A DNA stretch of 25,294 bases from a virus (IMGVR_UViG_3300020045_001994:1-25294), one strand, 5' to 3'; positions 15,645 to 23,877 are shown, counted from the first letter of the stretch. The notes: a model not told the origin generated them from the sequence alone. Translations and numbers: made by a program.

Positions 15645-16291
15645 GGAATCACCGGGAAAAATGCATTAATCGTCACTGGTGCGACTACTCGCAATTGCTC
15701 TAAAACCTGTTGTGCAATGGAGCGGTGTTCCTTTTGTGTTGACGGGTCTAGGCGTGATTGTAGGTAGTGAATCCAGCTTCGTAGCGTGCCGCTCATATAC
15801 ATGCGACTAGTCGTCAATCCTTCGGGTAGTAAGGCGCGGGCTTGTTCTTTGGCAATGCCTGACTTGATGGCCATGTCGTAAGCGCGTTCTGAATAATCCA
15901 AAATGCTGATCTGAGTTTCATCCCACCACCGCTGAATGCCTTCATTTTCAAATGGTTTTAGCTCGATTGAGTTCTGCCGATTAACCGTGTCTTGCAAGCG
16001 GCATTCCCGCAATGGTGCGTCTGGTAGGTCGTTCGTGTTTGCATATCGCTGGCTGAATTCTTGAAAGCTAAAGCTTCGATGGCGCAAAATCTGACGGCCA
16101 ATGTCTCGGGTAGTTGTGATTTCAATGCACGCACTTGCCATTTCAAAAGGGCTTACATGATTGTGTTGCATCATGTATTTCAACAAACCAGTGATTGATT
16201 CGTTGTCTTGATTTGCTGGATTGCTTACCCGCGCAATGTAGGCGATAAGTTTGTCAGCTTCTGTAGTTGCCCAGATTAGTTTTGTGTTCAT
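15641..16291 (-). CDS. thyX: FAD-dependent thymidylate synthase
   Basis: HVSPFEM, RQILRHRSFSFQEFSQRY (RHRx7S motif), EQARALLP, TQKEHR. Confidence 0.97.
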   Translation of the reverse strand: MNTKLIWATTEADKLIAYIARVSNPANQDNESITGLLKYMMQHNHVSPFEMASACIEITTTRDIGRQILRHRSFSFQEFSQRYANTNDLPDAPLRECRLQDTVNRQNSIELKPFENEGIQRWWDETQISILDYSERAYDMAIKSGIAKEQARALLPEGLTTSRMYMSGTLRSWIHYLQSRLDPSTQKEHRSIAQQVLEQLRVVAPVTINAFFPVIP

Positions 16292-16461
16292 TTCATTTCC
16301 TTAATGTGTTCTGCAAGTCCGTAATAACGCTTATCTTCAAGATATTTTGCAGCATCTTCAATCGCCTGTTTACGGGATGCTTGCCAAGCGTCCCATTGGC
16401 CTTCGTTTGCTGCATAACAATGCTTGTAAGCCCAAGCCTCAAACGCTTCTCTATTCGTCAT
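16288..16461 (-). CDS. Small phage protein (57 aa; REAFEAW...WDAWQASR family)
   Basis: Hand translation MTNREAFEAWAYKHCYAANEGQWDAWQASRKQAIEDAAKYL...KEMK; ATGA overlaps at both ends. Confidence 0.75.
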   Translation of the reverse strand: MTNREAFEAWAYKHCYAANEGQWDAWQASRKQAIEDAAKYLEDKRYYGLAEHIKEMK

Positions 16462-16892
16462 TTTGATTCTCCAATAATCTCAAATTCAATCCCACATTCA
16501 TCAAACAGGCGCTTAGATCGTTCTGAGCTATCAGACCACCTAGCCATGAATTCAGGGTCAGGAATAGCTGCTATAACCCGCACAATTCCAGCCTGAACGA
16601 TGGCCCTTGCACAGTCAATGCATGGCGGGTGAGTTACTACCAAAGTAGTTCCATTGGTTGAAAACCCAGCCTTAGCTGCTGCGTAAATAGCGTTTCGTTC
16701 TGCGTGCTCAAACCAAAAATACTTCTCTGGCCGTTCTTTACGTTCATCTTCGTCAGCGCTGCATTTTCGTGGTGCTCCGTTATATCCCCACGGTCCACCG
16801 CTTCCGTCTTTGCCAATAATAACGGCTCCGACTTTTGTAGTGTCTTTGCTTAGCTGTGCGATGGATTTGGCGATTTGCAGGTATTTGCTCAT
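16458..16892 (-). CDS. dCMP deaminase family protein
   Basis: KVGAVI, GYNG, HAERNAI, PCIDC, IVQAGI; ATG 16892 is ATGA-coupled to the upstream gene. Confidence 0.92.
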   Translation of the reverse strand: MSKYLQIAKSIAQLSKDTTKVGAVIIGKDGSGGPWGYNGAPRKCSADEDERKERPEKYFWFEHAERNAIYAAAKAGFSTNGTTLVVTHPPCIDCARAIVQAGIVRVIAAIPDPEFMARWSDSSERSKRLFDECGIEFEIIGESK

Positions 16893-17554
16893 GGTTTCAA
16901 ATAAATAGGATAAGCGTAGCAAGTTCCACCGCATCTTTTAGCTTCTGCTTTTGAGTCTAGTTCTGCAAATTCACCTTTGAATACTTGGTTGCTTCCTTGC
17001 ATCATCCAGCCGTGATGTTCTTTATTATGAGAGTCAGCAGACAGCATGTCGGCAGCTTCTTGCATCATGTCGAATAGTGCTTGTGTACCTTCAAGATAAT
17101 TTATCTGGCTTCGCAGCCGATGAATCAGCGCAGCACGATCGCCAGTTGTCGCTGGTGCTTGGCGTGTGAATAGTTGCGTCCATTTGTAGTTATCGACTGA
17201 CTGCTGGCAGGTAATGTCAATCCCGTGTGTCGCAGGGTTTTGTAAGTAGACCCCCGACTTATTACCTTTCCTCTTCATGAATGGTGATCCAGGCAGCACT
17301 TCCCACACCCAAGCGTAAGGCTCCACGCTCTGCGCTTCCTCGCGCTTAATTGCTTCATTCAGCGCATCCCGCTCTTCCCGCATAGCTAAAAATGCAGCAG
17401 TGTTTGAATCTTGATTTTTAACTAATCCAGCGTTGTCTGACAGTAGTTTTTTACGATCAGCACAAGCAAATTCATAACGCGCTTTCCAAACATCACGCTC
17501 AGCTTGCATATATTCAAAGTCTGATTCGTCAAGTGATTCATTCTGATTTTTCAT
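16889..17554 (-). CDS. Hypothetical mosaic phage protein (coiled coil plus small modules)
   Basis: ATGA-coupled on both sides; contains the shared REEAQSVEP linker. Confidence 0.7.
   Translation of the reverse strand: MKNQNESLDESDFEYMQAERDVWKARYEFACADRKKLLSDNAGLVKNQDSNTAAFLAMREERDALNEAIKREEAQSVEPYAWVWEVLPGSPFMKRKGNKSGVYLQNPATHGIDITCQQSVDNYKWTQLFTRQAPATTGDRAALIHRLRSQINYLEGTQALFDMMQEAADMLSADSHNKEHHGWMMQGSNQVFKGEFAELDSKAEAKRCGGTCYAYPIYLKP
17318..17344. repeat. 27-bp exact repeat, copy 2
   Basis: Identical to 5699-5725. Confidence 0.9.
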
Positions 17555-17718
17555 AACCGAAACCCTATGTAATAAGCCACCGAAGCCGTTATCAATCCAG
17601 CTCCTAAGACAGCTAAAACCAAGTCAATGCAGATTCCAACAATTAAGTTTGTTTCTTGCTTGTCGATGTCGCATACGCAGTCGCGTCCTTGATTGCAGTT
17701 GTTGTTACAGCCGTTCAT
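17551..17718 (-). CDS. Small Cys-motif (CNQGRxC) membrane-anchored protein (55 aa)
   Basis: MNGCNNNCNQGRDCVC...IDLVLAVLGAGLITASVAYYIGFRL; AAGGA SD; promoter motif upstream. Confidence 0.75.
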   Translation of the reverse strand: MNGCNNNCNQGRDCVCDIDKQETNLIVGICIDLVLAVLGAGLITASVAYYIGFRL

Positions 17719-17751
17719 TTTCTATCCTTAGTTGTTGATTGTTGAGTCTTT

Positions 17752-17777
17752 ATTGTAGCGCAGGTTTAGTGCGCTAC
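17752..17777. promoter_or_regulatory. Inverted pair of the repeated motif (ATTGTAGCGCA-N7-TGCGCTAC)
   Basis: Intergenic, upstream of ATG 17718. Confidence 0.7.
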
Positions 17778-17783
17778 TTGGTT

Positions 17784-17975
17784 TTACTCGCCAAAAATAT
17801 TGAGTTCGTCATCAATTTTTACAGAGATATCAAAAGATTTAACACCTGAAGTTGGGACATAAAGGCCTCCATCTTTTTCAATGCATCCAAATTCATCCTG
17901 CACTCCAGTTACACCTGAAACATTCATGATTGTTTCTGATTCGTCTGATGGGTAAAAGTTGAAGAGTGTTGTCAT
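17784..17975 (-). CDS. Hypothetical acidic protein, first gene of the leftward arm
   Basis: AGGA SD and CAACAAC leader. Confidence 0.65.
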   Translation of the reverse strand: MTTLFNFYPSDESETIMNVSGVTGVQDEFGCIEKDGGLYVPTSGVKSFDISVKIDDELNIFGE

Positions 17976-18108
17976 TTCGTTCGTCCTATTGGTTGTTGAT
18001 GTGATCTATTGTGCCACACAATACCGTCAAAAAGAAACAATTTTAAATTTATTTTCACCATGCTTTCACGCCTAAAATTGACGTTTTCAACGAACTTACA
18101 AGGCAACC
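17976..18108. promoter_or_regulatory. Divergent promoter region between the leftward arm and the rightward replication genes
   Basis: AT-rich centre; ATTGTG-CCA-CACAAT inverted repeat at 18008-18022; TAAAAT before ATG 18109. Confidence 0.55.
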
Positions 18109-18408
18109 ATGACACATCACGAAACAAGCAAATCCCTCGCCATCGCCATCGGCTGGTCCCCGTTCCACATTCATGACTACATTGATCCGCGTGGCGAACA
18201 CAATATTAACTGTCTGGTAGATGGCGAATGGAAGCCTTTTGACTACCGTGACGCAGCCGTTATCTGGCCCATTGCCAAGCGTTTTAACTGCTTCCCGTGG
18301 CGTGACTCTATGGGCTACTGGTGGGCTAACGTTGGCGATAAGGCAGAAGAGCATTCTCACTCGGCTGAGCTGGCCGTGGCTTTGGCGGTGATTGGTGGTG
18401 TGAAATGA
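18109..18408 (+). CDS. Hypothetical phage protein (NinX-like)
   Basis: LAIAIGW...FDYRDAAVIWPIAKRF...AVALAVI pattern; family assignment tentative. Confidence 0.6.
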   Translation: MTHHETSKSLAIAIGWSPFHIHDYIDPRGEHNINCLVDGEWKPFDYRDAAVIWPIAKRFNCFPWRDSMGYWWANVGDKAEEHSHSAELAVALAVIGGVK

Positions 18409-18554
18409 AGAAGCCGCATATCTTTTACACGGGGGTTCAATGGATGGTCTATCGTCGAAAAATTAAGATTTTCGGCACATCAATGCAGGTCGCATTCGGA
18501 CCAACGTGGAGAGAAGCTTGGGCTCGCTGGTGCTCTAAAGGGTATAACAAATGA
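18405..18554 (+). CDS. Small basic protein (49 aa)
   Basis: MKKPHIFYTGVQWMVYRRK...FGPTWREAWARW; ATGA overlaps at both ends. Confidence 0.65.
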   Translation: MKKPHIFYTGVQWMVYRRKIKIFGTSMQVAFGPTWREAWARWCSKGYNK

Positions 18555-20578
18555 GCAGTCTAAAAAGCATCTTCCCAAATGGCTTCCCCGTCCAAATTGA
18601 TACGCCAGTCTTGCCGCCGGAGCATCAACTTCGGGTGCATATGTCTGAAAACTGCATCCAAGCGCCTGACGACATTGTTTGTGATGGTAAGTTGCACCGC
18701 TTCGCTACAGGGTCAAAAAAGGGTGATTTAAGCGGTTGGTATGTATTGCATGATGGAAAGGTTCCGGCTGGCGTTTACGGCGACTGGAAAACAGGGGAAG
18801 AATATCAATTCCGCGCAAACATCGGGCGTGAGTTGACGTTTCAGGAAAACATCGCTCACGTAAAACAGATAAACGAGCTAAAGGCCAAGCGTGAAAAGGA
18901 GCTGTCTGACTCGCGGGAGTATGCAGCTTACACCGCTGCAAAGATATGGGACGCGGCTCAGTTGGCCAGTGATGACCATCCATACATCAAGCGCAAGGGT
19001 GTAAGTAACCCCGGCTGGCGCATTGCACCGGACGGGCGTTTGATCGCGCCAATGCTGATAGATGGTGACATAAGCGGCCTTCAATACATCAGCGACGATG
19101 GCACCAAGATGTTTATGAAGGGCTCTAAGACGGGCGGGGCGTCGTGGCATCTGGGTGCTGTTGAGGCCACTGGAGAAGGTCGTCTATATATATGCGAGGG
19201 CATTGCCACAGGTGCATCAATATTTGAATCTACCGGCAATAGCGTTGTCATAAGCTTTTCAGCGGGCAACATGGCGGCGACGGCACAGGCTTTGCGCCAT
19301 AAGGTCGGGCCACTGCGTGAGATTGTGATCGTTGCTGACAATGACGAGTCTGGTACCGGGCTTAAAGAGGCTACCAAGGCATCTAACTTGATAGCGGCAA
19401 TGGTTTGTATGCCGCCAGTGCTAGGGGATGCAAACGACTACGCGCAAGCCGGGCATGATCTGGGGGAGTTGTTGGAGCCTACGGAATCAATGACAGCGGC
19501 TACTGAGCGCCTTAATGTTGTCTTTGCTGATAACTTGGGCAATGAGTTTATTGCACCGGATGAGCTTGTCGAGGGTGTTATAACGGTCGGTGCATCGTCT
19601 GTTGTGTATGGCGATTCAAACTCAGGTAAGACGTTTTTTGTCTTGGATATGGGCTGCGCTATCGCCCGTGGCGTTGAGTGGATGGGTCGCAAGACTGAAC
19701 CGGGCTTGGTGATCTACTTGGCCACAGAGGCGCCGGCATCGATTAAAACGCGCTTGCAGGCTTACCAAAAATACCATGACTGCACTGTTCCGAACTTTGC
19801 CATTGTTCAAACACCGGTTAACTTTCACCGTGATATGCAAGACGCCAAAGACATCGTAACCATGATTGAAGACGTTGAGAAGGCGCTCGGACAAAAGGCG
19901 CGGCTGATTGTTGGTGATACTTTGGCCCGTATTAGCTCGGGGGCTAACGAGAATAGCGGTGACGATATGGGGCCGATTATGGAGCGTTTTGACTACCTTG
20001 CACGCAAGACAGGTGCGCACGTCTTAATCATTCACCACAACGGTAAAGATGCAGCCAAAGGTGCGCGGGGTTGGTCTGGTATCAGGGCTCACATTGATAC
20101 TGAGATCGAACTGGTGGACGATAAAGGCGTGCGCAGTGCCACCATAACGAAGCAACGGGAGCTAGGCGGTAAGGGTGACGTGATCGGGTTTAAGCTTGAT
20201 ATTGTTGACATGGGGATTACCAAGTGGGGTAAGACTGCGACATCTTGCGTGGTTGTTGAGGATTCTGAGGCCACGGTTAAGTCAGAGGAAAAGGAGTCGA
20301 AATCTACTTCAGAGGCTCGCACAAGCTTTGGCGGGGCGATGATTAAGTACGGTTATATTGATAGCTGCCACGATCTTTACATCACAACAGACAATTGGGT
20401 TCAGTATGAAAAGGAAACAAAGCGCCACATTAAAGACACAACAGCAGCTCAAAACGTAACCAAAACCACACGTTACCCTGAGTATTTGAAGGATTCAATT
20501 GAGCCAAAAAACGGGGGTTACAGGGTCACAAATGAGTCAAAATTTCACGGAATCAGGTTGATTTTGAAAAGCAGGTAA
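18551..20578 (+). CDS. Primase-helicase (TOPRIM primase plus RepA/AAA_25 helicase)
   Basis: HPYIKRKG, ICEGIATG and IVADND (TOPRIM), DAND; Walker A GDSNSGKT, IVGDTL, IIHHNGKD, ARGWS. Confidence 0.92.
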   Translation: MSSLKSIFPNGFPVQIDTPVLPPEHQLRVHMSENCIQAPDDIVCDGKLHRFATGSKKGDLSGWYVLHDGKVPAGVYGDWKTGEEYQFRANIGRELTFQENIAHVKQINELKAKREKELSDSREYAAYTAAKIWDAAQLASDDHPYIKRKGVSNPGWRIAPDGRLIAPMLIDGDISGLQYISDDGTKMFMKGSKTGGASWHLGAVEATGEGRLYICEGIATGASIFESTGNSVVISFSAGNMAATAQALRHKVGPLREIVIVADNDESGTGLKEATKASNLIAAMVCMPPVLGDANDYAQAGHDLGELLEPTESMTAATERLNVVFADNLGNEFIAPDELVEGVITVGASSVVYGDSNSGKTFFVLDMGCAIARGVEWMGRKTEPGLVIYLATEAPASIKTRLQAYQKYHDCTVPNFAIVQTPVNFHRDMQDAKDIVTMIEDVEKALGQKARLIVGDTLARISSGANENSGDDMGPIMERFDYLARKTGAHVLIIHHNGKDAAKGARGWSGIRAHIDTEIELVDDKGVRSATITKQRELGGKGDVIGFKLDIVDMGITKWGKTATSCVVVEDSEATVKSEEKESKSTSEARTSFGGAMIKYGYIDSCHDLYITTDNWVQYEKETKRHIKDTTAAQNVTKTTRYPEYLKDSIEPKNGGYRVTNESKFHGIRLILKSR

Positions 20579-20588
20579 AAACACCGGT

Positions 20589-20732
20589 GGGGCAGATCAT
20601 CGGGGCAGCTATTATTTTTGTAAGTTGTTGATTTATAAGGATTTTTTATCAATCGGGGCAGTAGGTTTATAGGGTCAATAATAAACTGCCCCAGTCCGGG
20701 ACAGTCGGGGCAGCGCACTATAGTGCTGCCAC
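20589..20732. repeat. Putative replication origin: GGGGCAG repeats, AT-rich tract and IHF consensus
   Basis: GGGGCAG at 20589, 20602, 20655 and 20707; inverted CTGCCCC at 20686; variants at 20698 and 20726. TAAGTTGTTGATT at 20621-20633 matches WATCAAN4TTR on the minus strand. Confidence 0.65.
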
Positions 20733-20751
20733 GACAGACGGACGAAAAAAA

Positions 20752-20788
20752 ATTGTAGCGCATGAATGATGTAAATTTGAGCTACAAT
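20752..20788. promoter_or_regulatory. Inverted pair of the repeated motif (ATTGTAGCGCA-N15-TGAGCTACAAT)
   Basis: Upstream of ATG 20818 on the + strand. Confidence 0.7.
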
Positions 20789-20817
20789 AAAAGCTCACAA
20801 AAAAGGATTAGTAAATC

Positions 20818-21048
20818 ATGACATACGGAATCAAAGTTGGTGAAATCTATATCGCAGCGGATGGAAGTAAATGTGGTCACATAGTTACAGACGTAACAAC
20901 ATTTAAATATTGTGATGACGTTGTTACAACTCCATTCACTGGGTCTGCTATTTTTGAAGATGGAAATCGAATTGACAGCTTTAAGCTGGCAATGGTTAGA
21001 TACAAACTTTCAAAAGAAAAGCCCAATTGGTTCCCTAAAGTGATGTAA
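20818..21048 (+). CDS. Hypothetical AT-rich protein (moron-like)
   Basis: AAGGA SD and its own promoter motif. Confidence 0.7.
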   Translation: MTYGIKVGEIYIAADGSKCGHIVTDVTTFKYCDDVVTTPFTGSAIFEDGNRIDSFKLAMVRYKLSKEKPNWFPKVM

Positions 21049-21057
21049 AATAAACAC

Positions 21058-21139
21058 AACCGTTGAAGCGGTTATCCTACCGCGTTGAGGGTCAGCGCCG
21101 GGCCTGGCCTATATCAGCGGACGCCCGGCAAACTTTTTT
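21058..21139 (+). other. GC-rich multi-hairpin element ending in a U-tract (terminator/attenuator or small RNA)
   Basis: Stems AACCG/CGGTT, GCGTTGA/TCAGCGC and GCCGGGC/GCCCGGC, then TTTTTT. Confidence 0.45.
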
Positions 21140-21162
21140 ATCAACACATCAAAGGTAAATAC

Positions 21163-21654
21163 ATGAAGATTACGGCACAACAATTGCTTAATAAGGCACA
21201 AACGCATATGCAAGCCCGTGCGGCTACTTACGATAAGCCTGAAGGGGAGCGCAGCATGGCAGCTACTGTAGAGGCTTATAACGCTATTACAGGGCATTCA
21301 CTTACCGAGGCTAATGGTTGGCTGTTGATGGCTGTGTTGAAGATGGTGCGAGATAACCAACGCAAAGAAGCGCATCCTGATTCGGTGGAAGACTTGGTTG
21401 CTTACTCTTCGCTTTATGGTGAGGCGCGTCTTGGTGAGGTTGCCAAGCCTTTGGTGGATGGTGGGGTGGTGAAGCTGGATGATGGGTGGATTAAGTGGAA
21501 TGGAGGAGCTATGCCAGTAAAGTATGGAACTATTATTGAAGTACGTCATAAATCTGGTGATGAATACACATCAAATGCAGGATCAACATTTTCTACAAAT
21601 TGGGAAAAGATCAATGATGACGGCTGCATCATCGCCTACCGCGTAGTAAAATAA
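21163..21654 (+). CDS. DUF6378-like protein fused to a C-terminal small phage domain
   Basis: RAATYD...ERSM...GWLLMAVLKMVR...DSVEDLVAYSSL, followed by GWIKWNGGAMPV...IIAYRVV. ATG 21163 has an AAGG SD. Confidence 0.7.
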   Translation: MKITAQQLLNKAQTHMQARAATYDKPEGERSMAATVEAYNAITGHSLTEANGWLLMAVLKMVRDNQRKEAHPDSVEDLVAYSSLYGEARLGEVAKPLVDGGVVKLDDGWIKWNGGAMPVKYGTIIEVRHKSGDEYTSNAGSTFSTNWEKINDDGCIIAYRVVK

Positions 21655-21658
21655 GCCA

Positions 21659-22156
21659 ATGGCAACATCAAAAAAAACTCAGTCAGTAGGTCGCCCAACT
21701 CTTTATAAAAAAGAGTATGTCGAGCTTTGTTATAAATTCTGCCTTTTGGGTGCGGATGATAATCGACTGGCTGAAATGCTTGAAGTTGATGTTGCCACAA
21801 TTTACAGGTGGAAACTTGAATATCCTGAATTTTGCGAGTCCCTAAAGGCTGGTAAGGATGTTGCTGATTCAAAGGTCGCTCAGGCGCTTTATAACCGCGC
21901 TTTAGGATATAGCCATCCAGAGGTGGACATCAAGGTAATAGATGGTCATATTGTGCAAACACAGCTTACCAAGCATTACCCTCCAGATACCGGGGCTGCT
22001 ATGGCGTGGCTTAAAAACCGCCAGCCTAAAACGTGGCGTGATAAGCAAGACATTGACCACACATCAAGCGACAATTCAATGAGCTCTAAGCCTGCTATTG
22101 AGCTGGATGCAAAAATGGTAAAAAGCATCCTAGAGAAAATAAGTGCTGACATCTGA
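21659..22156 (+). CDS. terS: Terminase small subunit
   Basis: GRPTLY, HTH (LAEMLEVDVATIYRWK), ALYNRALGY, PPDTGAAMAWLKNRQPKTWRDK; directly upstream of terL. Confidence 0.9.
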   Translation: MATSKKTQSVGRPTLYKKEYVELCYKFCLLGADDNRLAEMLEVDVATIYRWKLEYPEFCESLKAGKDVADSKVAQALYNRALGYSHPEVDIKVIDGHIVQTQLTKHYPPDTGAAMAWLKNRQPKTWRDKQDIDHTSSDNSMSSKPAIELDAKMVKSILEKISADI

Positions 22157-23618
22157 GGAAAAGATGGCCGTTAAAGCGGCCATGCAGGTAGATCACTTAT
22201 TCTTTGCGCGTTACTTCTTCAGAATCCGTGAGGGTGTCAAATTTCGCATAAATTGGCACCACAAAGCCATTGCAGACGCTTTGCAATTGGTCATGGATGG
22301 CAAGACTAAGCGCCTGATTATCAACGTGCCACCGGGTAGCTCAAAGACTGAGTTGGCCGTTATCAACTTTATGGCGCGTGGCTTGGCTTTTAATCCAAGG
22401 GCACGGTTCTTGCATCTAAGCTATAGCTCTGAACTTGCTGAATTGAATTCGGCTAAGGCAAAAGAACTCATCACATCGGCTGAATTTCAGGAGTTATTTC
22501 CGCTGCCAATTAAGTCTGACTCTAACGCTCGCGGGCGCTGGAATGTCGTTGACAAAGACGGGATCTCAATTGGCGGGTGTTATGCCACGTCAACACTAGG
22601 GCAGGTTACTGGATTTCGTGCTGGCCACATGGCTAAAGGATTTCAGGGCGCAATCATCATCGATGACCCTTTGAAGCCTGCTGACAGCCTATCTAAGACC
22701 AAACGTGACGCGGTTAACAATGCCTACATTAACACTGTACAAAGCCGTAAGGCGTCGCCTGACACGCCGGTTATCGTAATTATGCAGCGCCTGGCTGATG
22801 AAGACTTGACCGGGTTTCTTTTGAATGGCGGGGATGGTTATGAGTGGACGCACATCAAGATACCGGCTATCGCTGACGATAAAAGCTACTGGCCTGAAAA
22901 AGAGCCATTAGAAAGCCTTTTACAGCTTAAGGAAAAAGGTAACTTCACATTTGAGGGGCAGTATCAGCAGGAGCCTTACATCTTAGGTGGTGAACTAATC
23001 AAGGGCGAATGGTTCAAGCGGTACACAGAGTTACCGGGATGGCGTGAATTCAGCCGTCGGGCGGTATTCGCTGATACGGCCATGAAAACCGGGGAAAACA
23101 ACGATTACACGGTGTTTATTGATGCCGTGTTGCTTCGAACTGGTCAGGTGTATATCCTGAATCTTTGGCGTAAGAAGGTTGACGCAGTGGGGCTGTTGAT
23201 TATGGCAAAAGACATTTGGGCCAGCGTATCAGTTAACAACGGGCGCGAAGCATTACCGCCTGCGAGCGGGTTCTACATCGAGGATAAAGCCTCAGGAACG
23301 GGCCTAATTCAGCAGCTAAAGCATGAACAAGGCTTTATACCCGTCATGCCAGTGCAGCGCACTAAAGACAAGCTAACCCGCGTAATGGAGATTCAGCCAC
23401 GGATTGAGTCTGGAGGTGTTTATATTCCTGAGTCCGCGCCGTGGGTTGTTGACTTTTTGAGTGAGTGTGAGGCGTTTACAGCAAATGACAGCCATAAGCA
23501 CGATGACCAGATAGACCCACTGGTGGACGCTGTTAATGTTCTTATGGGTAATCAGTTTGATTTATCAGCGTTATTGTTATTTAAATTGGTGCTTTTGGTA
23601 GTGGCATCCAGTGGGTAG
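22143..23618 (+). CDS. terL: Terminase large subunit
   Basis: NWHH, INVPPGSSKT Walker A, IIIDDP Walker B, IMQRL, YQQEP, ADTA, IEDKASG, HDDQID. Confidence 0.95.
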   Translation: MLTSEEKMAVKAAMQVDHLFFARYFFRIREGVKFRINWHHKAIADALQLVMDGKTKRLIINVPPGSSKTELAVINFMARGLAFNPRARFLHLSYSSELAELNSAKAKELITSAEFQELFPLPIKSDSNARGRWNVVDKDGISIGGCYATSTLGQVTGFRAGHMAKGFQGAIIIDDPLKPADSLSKTKRDAVNNAYINTVQSRKASPDTPVIVIMQRLADEDLTGFLLNGGDGYEWTHIKIPAIADDKSYWPEKEPLESLLQLKEKGNFTFEGQYQQEPYILGGELIKGEWFKRYTELPGWREFSRRAVFADTAMKTGENNDYTVFIDAVLLRTGQVYILNLWRKKVDAVGLLIMAKDIWASVSVNNGREALPPASGFYIEDKASGTGLIQQLKHEQGFIPVMPVQRTKDKLTRVMEIQPRIESGGVYIPESAPWVVDFLSECEAFTANDSHKHDDQIDPLVDAVNVLMGNQFDLSALLLFKLVLLVVASSG

Positions 23619-23877
23619 GCTTACCTGCCATCTTTCGCCACGTCTGCCTATCGTTTTGAGCGCAAAGTACGCCAGTGGCGTCAACAAATCCCTGCACGCA
23701 AAACCCTTTAACTAGGTACAGTCTTGATGCCATATCATTCGGCACCGTCTCAATCGGATGCCAGCCGTCAGGCTTTACAAGTTCAACTCGAATGGATTTT
23801 GTAATTTCAGCAATTTTCGCTGATGATGTTGGTTTTAACAGCGCATCAAGTGCCTGCTGCATAACTTCTTTGCTCAT
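23581..23877 (-). CDS. DUF551-like small protein inserted antisense between terL and portal
   Basis: GWHPIETVP...PTHWMPLPKAP signature; ATG 23877 with AAGGA SD. Confidence 0.8.
   Translation of the reverse strand: MSKEVMQQALDALLKPTSSAKIAEITKSIRVELVKPDGWHPIETVPNDMASRLYLVKGFCVQGFVDATGVLCAQNDRQTWRKMAGKPTHWMPLPKAPI

Noticed and set aside
18001-18022. NrdR box in the divergent promoter region
   Set aside because: Only a partial match to the 16-bp palindromic consensus.
18055-20763. Minus-strand ORFs opposite the primase region
   Set aside because: Antisense shadows of the primase-helicase, its neighbours and the repeat region.
21097-21135. HDV-like ribozyme (GCCGGGC...GCCCGGC resembles P1)
   Set aside because: No P1.1 GG, P4 or P2 3' strand follows the stem; it is followed by AAAC and a U-tract.
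3837-21654. Hypermodified-base genome (Z, dU or hmU) suggested by MazG, deaminase and the DUF6378-like gene
   Set aside because: No PurZ, hydroxymethylase, kinase, glycosyltransferase or phage polymerase is seen; ThyX points to ordinary dTMP synthesis.
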